Virus record (IMG/VR): IMGVR_UViG_3300027749_000073
Coordinates: 1-64,000 of that record
Reading direction: 5' to 3' (one strand)
Source: a virus
DNA: 64,000 bases
In this document: positions 59,562 through 64,000 of the stretch, piece after piece
Numbering within the stretch: the stretch's first letter is position 1
How the letters are laid out: each line of letters opens with the position of its first letter
Made by a program: the position numbers and the translations under genes
Notes under the pieces: generated by a model
Database searches by the model: none
Seen by the model: the letters and a program-made list of their open reading frames with translations, nothing else
Told to the model about the DNA's origin: nothing

Positions 59562-60129
59562 ATATTTTTTCTTCTGTAAAGTAGTTATTTATGCTGGGTT
59601 CAATGCACATTTCCATGTTGATAGCAATTCTATAATTGAAACTACTATGAAATAACGGCTCGTGTACTGTGTGATTTGGCATAATTAATAAATCACCTTC
59701 GTCAGGTTGAAATTGGATAACTTCTGAGTTAGTAGTGTACAAATTCAAACCCCCTTCGGTACTATTAATATCTTTTGGCATTGTTAAATAGTATATTGCG
59801 TTAATAGAACTAGTTTTAATATGATTATGTGCATTAGTTCTAAAAGTTTCTGTATTGTAGACATTAGCCCAACACCATGTTTTATGTATTGGAGATAATT
59901 TTACATTCCCAAATAAAGTTGTAACAGTATCAAAAAAGAAATTATAGAGTATCTTAAAATCACCAAAATTATCCTGTATATGAAAAGTATATCCGCCATG
60001 GTAATTTGCTGTATCTTTTTGCGATATCACTGTATCAATCATACGTGCTTTTACATCTAAATCTAACAACAATTGTGTTTCTAGCACTTGTGGGAAAATT
60101 GGATTAAAAAAAATATTAGTCACTGGCAT
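59536..60129 (-). CDS. Putative 2OG-Fe(II) oxygenase (TIGR02466-like)
   Basis: WAN...HNH....AIYYL...P.EGDLLIMP...HEP....RI.I. Confidence 0.75.
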   Translation of the reverse strand: MPVTNIFFNPIFPQVLETQLLLDLDVKARMIDTVISQKDTANYHGGYTFHIQDNFGDFKILYNFFFDTVTTLFGNVKLSPIHKTWCWANVYNTETFRTNAHNHIKTSSINAIYYLTMPKDINSTEGGLNLYTTNSEVIQFQPDEGDLLIMPNHTVHEPLFHSSFNYRIAINMEMCIEPSINNYFTEEKIYANAKPKL

Positions 60130-60737
60130 AAAATATTAAAACTAATAATAACTCTATCTTCCAACGATAAATTAGGGTTAGTTTCGTGTTTTAAGTATCC
60201 GGGAAAAATTACTAATTTGCCAGGAACTACACTAATAGGAAATGTCATATTTCCTCGCCACTTAGTAAACGATGGTTCGTTACTTAACGCATATTCTTTA
60301 GGATCTAACAGGATTAAATCACCGCAATTTTCAGCAGCATTTACATAATAACTACCGCTCCAATGTGCAGTACCGTGATTGTGATGAGGGACAAATGAAC
60401 CATGCGGATAAACATTGGCCCATGCATTTGTAAAATTCCAAGTTTGATTAAAGTCTAATTGATTAAAAAAATCTGTAATTATTGGAGAAATTGCGGTAAA
60501 AAAATCATTAAAATTTTCATTGTCAATAAGATTTCCGTGATTGAATGAACTATAGCCAACATCTGCTGCAATATCTGTTAAAATATTACTATGCCAATAG
60601 TGACTAAGTAATCGTTTATCATCAATTGTATCAAACAATGTTTGTATTTTAAGATGTAATGATTTATTTAAAGTGCTAGCGTCAGGTATAATTGCTTCTA
60701 ACACAGGCACGGCAAACGCATTTATAATTTTTTTCAT
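60120..60737 (-). CDS. Putative 2OG-Fe(II) oxygenase (TIGR02466-like)
   Basis: WAN..PH....HNH....SGSYYV...GKLVIFPGYLKHET.PN....RVIISFN. Confidence 0.85.
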   Translation of the reverse strand: MKKIINAFAVPVLEAIIPDASTLNKSLHLKIQTLFDTIDDKRLLSHYWHSNILTDIAADVGYSSFNHGNLIDNENFNDFFTAISPIITDFFNQLDFNQTWNFTNAWANVYPHGSFVPHHNHGTAHWSGSYYVNAAENCGDLILLDPKEYALSNEPSFTKWRGNMTFPISVVPGKLVIFPGYLKHETNPNLSLEDRVIISFNILCQ

Positions 60738-60816
60738 ATTTCCCTCACAAAAATCTAGTAATACAGTATATAGCTATTATTACTGATAAGGAACAATTAA
60801 AATGAAAATTTACTGA

Positions 60817-60865
60817 TTGACACGCAGTCAATAGTACTGTATAATAAGATATGAGATTATAAATA
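60817..60865 (+). promoter_or_regulatory. Tandem sigma70 promoter and late promoter
   Basis: TTGACA-17-TATAAT (60817-60845) followed by TATAAATA (60858-60865). Confidence 0.75.
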
Positions 60866-60894
60866 AAATTAACTAAGCATATTAAAAGGATAAC

Positions 60895-61824
60895 ATGAAG
60901 AAAATATTTTTTATTAACGGCGGTGCCGGACGCGTACTTGCTAGCATTCCTGCATTAGAAGAAAGCCACCGTCGTAGTGAGTTAGGCGGCATTATATGCG
61001 AAGGCGGTATGGAATTTTATATGGGCCATCCAATACTGCAACATGTTGCATGGGATGTTAATCACAAAGGACTTTTTGAAAATCTAATTAAGGATAACCA
61101 ATGTGTTAGCCCTGAACCATATCGCGACTACGAATACTATAATCAGAGATCTAGTCTTCAACAAAGTTTTTGGTGGGAAATTATTGGTGAAAGAATTAAC
61201 AAAAATGTTCAACCTACACTAATCTTAAATAAATCAGAAGAAATGATGGCATTAGAGATCATTGGTCAGGTGGTTCAACAGCACAAAAAAGAAAAAACTA
61301 TTGTAATACAGCCATTTGGAAGATCAAGTAGTTTAAGTAACAGCAGTATTGTTTATGATCAAAGTTCTCGTAGTTTAGAACAATCGACATTTATGGAATT
61401 AGTTGCAGAATTATCAAAAGATTATAACATTATGTATATGGGTGAACATAAGTTAAATGTAGTTAATCTTCCAATATTTCAACCTGACCAACAAATGTCA
61501 TTGCGTATTTGGGCAGCAATTATTGAAGCAACTGATTATTTTATTGGCTGTGATAGTGTTGGACAACATATTGCATATTCATTTAATAAACCGGGTACAA
61601 TTGTATGTGGAAGTACGTTCCCTATTAATATTACCTATCCGGAACATTTTAATATTATTGAGAAAAAAGATGCAGTTCGCCAATATAGTCCAATTAGGAT
61701 TGCGGGATTTGCTTCAGAAGAAGCTGATAGAATGAATGATACAATTATGGATTTTAGCAAAGAAGAGCTTAAATCTGTAATTGAAAATATCAAAGCACAT
61801 ATTAAGAAAACAACAAAAGGATAA
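60895..61824 (+). CDS. Glycosyltransferase-like protein (GT9/heptosyltransferase-like)
   Basis: FFINGGAG N-terminal loop; IVIQPFG; FIGCDSVGQHIA..FNKP..VCG C-terminal GT-B motif. Confidence 0.6.
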   Translation: MKKIFFINGGAGRVLASIPALEESHRRSELGGIICEGGMEFYMGHPILQHVAWDVNHKGLFENLIKDNQCVSPEPYRDYEYYNQRSSLQQSFWWEIIGERINKNVQPTLILNKSEEMMALEIIGQVVQQHKKEKTIVIQPFGRSSSLSNSSIVYDQSSRSLEQSTFMELVAELSKDYNIMYMGEHKLNVVNLPIFQPDQQMSLRIWAAIIEATDYFIGCDSVGQHIAYSFNKPGTIVCGSTFPINITYPEHFNIIEKKDAVRQYSPIRIAGFASEEADRMNDTIMDFSKEELKSVIENIKAHIKKTTKG

Positions 61825-61827
61825 TAC

Positions 61828-63525
61828 ATGTGGTTATTAGGAATTAATGTTGGCCATAATGGGTCAGCAGCATTATATAAAGATAGTAAATTAATCTTTT
61901 ATATTGAAGAAGATCGATTAAGTCGGTTAAAATACGACGGTAATCCGTTTTTAGGTATTGAAAAAGCATTTGAATATACTGATCATATTGATTTCGTTAT
62001 ATTATGCGGCACTAGCAATGCATTTGGGAAAGTACCGTGGACTGCTGAAGATGCATATACGTGTTTAGTTAGAAAAAAACAACCTGGAATTCCTGTAGAA
62101 ACTATCAAATTAGGTGATGATCATCATATGACTCATGCAGTAACTGCGTTTTATAATTCAGGGTTTGATGATGCTGCTGCAATAGTGATTGATGGAGCCG
62201 GTAGCGGAATTAATATTCCAGATTTTGAACAAATACAACATGATACATGGGAAGTAGAATCAATTTGGTCATTGTCGTATCCTGCAGGCATCAAGAAGCA
62301 TTTAGTAAACTATGGCACTAATCTTGTAGATAGTCTGTCGTTACAAGACGACGACTGTGAAATAGAAATTTCAGACGGACACGGCATTACAAAAACATAC
62401 GAAGCAGTTACACAATACTTAGGATTTCATGCTATTGAAGCTGGGAAAACTATGGGTATTGCACCATATGGCAAGCCAAATGACTCTATTAAAATACACG
62501 AAGGCAGATTTAGTAATAGAAACTTAATTAAACCTAAATTTCCTGCAGGTAACGTTATTAGATGTGATTTAAATCCAGAGTTAAAAGAACATGAAGGTGA
62601 CACATCGTGGCATACTGATCCAAATTTAATTGATGATTTTAGAAAAGACTTGGCGTATGCAGTGCAAAAATCAGCCGAAGAACGAGTTAGCAATCTTATT
62701 AGAAAAACGATTGAGATCACTGGTAAAAAACAAATTGTAATGGCAGGTGGTTTTGTATTAAATTGTGTTGCAAACTATGAATTCTTAAAAGAGTTTCCAG
62801 ATGTTGAATTTTATCATGAGCCTGTAAGTCACGACGGCGGTAATGTAATGGGTGCATGCCAGCATGTATACAGAACAATGACACAGGACAGCGTTAAAGC
62901 ACCGTTAACTAGTTTATACATTGGACCTGATAATTCTGCAAATTATACAGACATTGATTTTACTGACTTTGATGTAACTGACACAACTGCAGCAGATATT
63001 GCAAAATTGATTGCAGATGAACATATTGTATGTTTATATCAAGGTAGATCAGAAGCTGGTCCTCGCGCACTAGGTAACAGAAGTATTTTGTTTGATCCAT
63101 CAGTTGTTAATGGTAAAGATATAGTAAATGAAGTTAAACATAGAGAATGGTTTAGACCATTTGCAGGAACAGTATTAGCTGAAAAAGCAAATGATTGGTT
63201 TGATTTTAGATCAAGAACTGATAGCCCATTTATGATGTATGCTGTAAATGTATTAGAAGATAAACAAAGTCTTATTCCTGCAATTACACATGTTGACGGG
63301 ACTTGCAGAATTCAAACTGTAACATCTAAACAAAATAAACATTATTACGAATTAATTAGTGAGTTTGATAAAATTAAAGATATTCCAATCTTGTTTAATA
63401 CTAGCTTTAATCTAGCAGGTGATCCACTAGTCGAAACAGTTAAAGAAGCATTAGACACTTTAAGAAAATCAGATTTAAAATACTTATGGTTACCTGAAAT
63501 TGGAAAATTATTATCTAAACAATAA
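61828..63525 (+). CDS. Carbamoyltransferase (NodU/CmcH/TobZ family)
   Basis: HNGSA, EEDRLSR.K, HH.THA, IDG.G, GKTMG.APYG, GG..LNCVAN, E.GPRALGNRS, K.RE.FRPFA, HVDGT.R.QT, NTSFN..G.P.VE. Confidence 0.93.
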   Translation: MWLLGINVGHNGSAALYKDSKLIFYIEEDRLSRLKYDGNPFLGIEKAFEYTDHIDFVILCGTSNAFGKVPWTAEDAYTCLVRKKQPGIPVETIKLGDDHHMTHAVTAFYNSGFDDAAAIVIDGAGSGINIPDFEQIQHDTWEVESIWSLSYPAGIKKHLVNYGTNLVDSLSLQDDDCEIEISDGHGITKTYEAVTQYLGFHAIEAGKTMGIAPYGKPNDSIKIHEGRFSNRNLIKPKFPAGNVIRCDLNPELKEHEGDTSWHTDPNLIDDFRKDLAYAVQKSAEERVSNLIRKTIEITGKKQIVMAGGFVLNCVANYEFLKEFPDVEFYHEPVSHDGGNVMGACQHVYRTMTQDSVKAPLTSLYIGPDNSANYTDIDFTDFDVTDTTAADIAKLIADEHIVCLYQGRSEAGPRALGNRSILFDPSVVNGKDIVNEVKHREWFRPFAGTVLAEKANDWFDFRSRTDSPFMMYAVNVLEDKQSLIPAITHVDGTCRIQTVTSKQNKHYYELISEFDKIKDIPILFNTSFNLAGDPLVETVKEALDTLRKSDLKYLWLPEIGKLLSKQ

Positions 63526-64000
63526 ACGCATATTTTTTACAGGTGTGCCGGGTAGTAGATGGAGTGGTATAGCACGTACTATTGAAGATAGTATTACTAG
63601 CTTTAACACATCGGATAGATCTGTAGATAAACAATATACGCATCATGCATTTAGTGGTCACGTTGGTGCGTATTTTGGAAAAGAAATGGAATATGATTCA
63701 TGTTTAGATGATCCTAATTATTTAGATTCCGCTTGGTTAACTCCGGGCGGAACTAGACTTATTAAAAGTCATGATTGGGCGTATAAATTAGATAGTATTA
63801 AAGAAGTGTATCCTAATGATTGGATTATGTTAGTATATCGACCCGATGCAAGTAGTTATGCATGGTGGTTTGAAGCAGGGGGATTTCAAATTAGTTATCC
63901 TAATTATAGTTGGTATAAAAATCACGCTAAAATGCTAGCAGAGATTACTATACAAAATAATAATATCTTAGAATTTGGATATAAGCATAATGTAACATGG
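63500..64000 (+). CDS. Hypothetical (sulfotransferase-like) protein, 3'-truncated; start uncertain
   Basis: Open frame NKRIFFTGVPGSRWSGIA...LIKSHDW...WIMLVYRP..WWFEAGGF to the window end; possible TTG start at 63500; not in the ORF track. Confidence 0.65.
   Translation, partial: MENYYLNNKRIFFTGVPGSRWSGIARTIEDSITSFNTSDRSVDKQYTHHAFSGHVGAYFGKEMEYDSCLDDPNYLDSAWLTPGGTRLIKSHDWAYKLDSIKEVYPNDWIMLVYRPDASSYAWWFEAGGFQISYPNYSWYKNHAKMLAEITIQNNNILEFGYKHNVTW

Overview
An AT-rich 64-kb piece of a large lytic T4-related (Tevenvirinae/Kyanoviridae-like, probably uncultured aquatic) myophage genome, almost all of it virion-morphogenesis genes. Positions 1-11256 (- strand) hold baseplate genes (very large wedge protein, gp6, gp25, gp5, hub, gp53, gp48/54-like). 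Positions 11339-16013 (+) hold a sigma70-driven gp55-gp47-gp46-resolvase block, followed by about 490 bp of densely structured non-coding DNA. Next come a gp26-like gene with an apparent programmed -1 frameshift into an unannotated gp51-like ORF, and a divergent tape measure gene with a 66-bp tandem repeat array. The head module is portal gp20, core, protease gp21, scaffold gp22 and capsid gp23. About 29 kb of paralogous fibre/spike proteins follow, ending in two extremely Cys/Gly-rich adhesin-like proteins. The window closes with an accessory enzyme cluster (sulfotransferase-like, SGNH-like, three 2OG-Fe(II) oxygenases, GT9-like, carbamoyltransferase). TAAATA late promoters recur upstream of structural genes. 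No tRNA, CRISPR array, integrase or reverse transcriptase was recognised. All product calls come from motif recognition and synteny, not from database searches.
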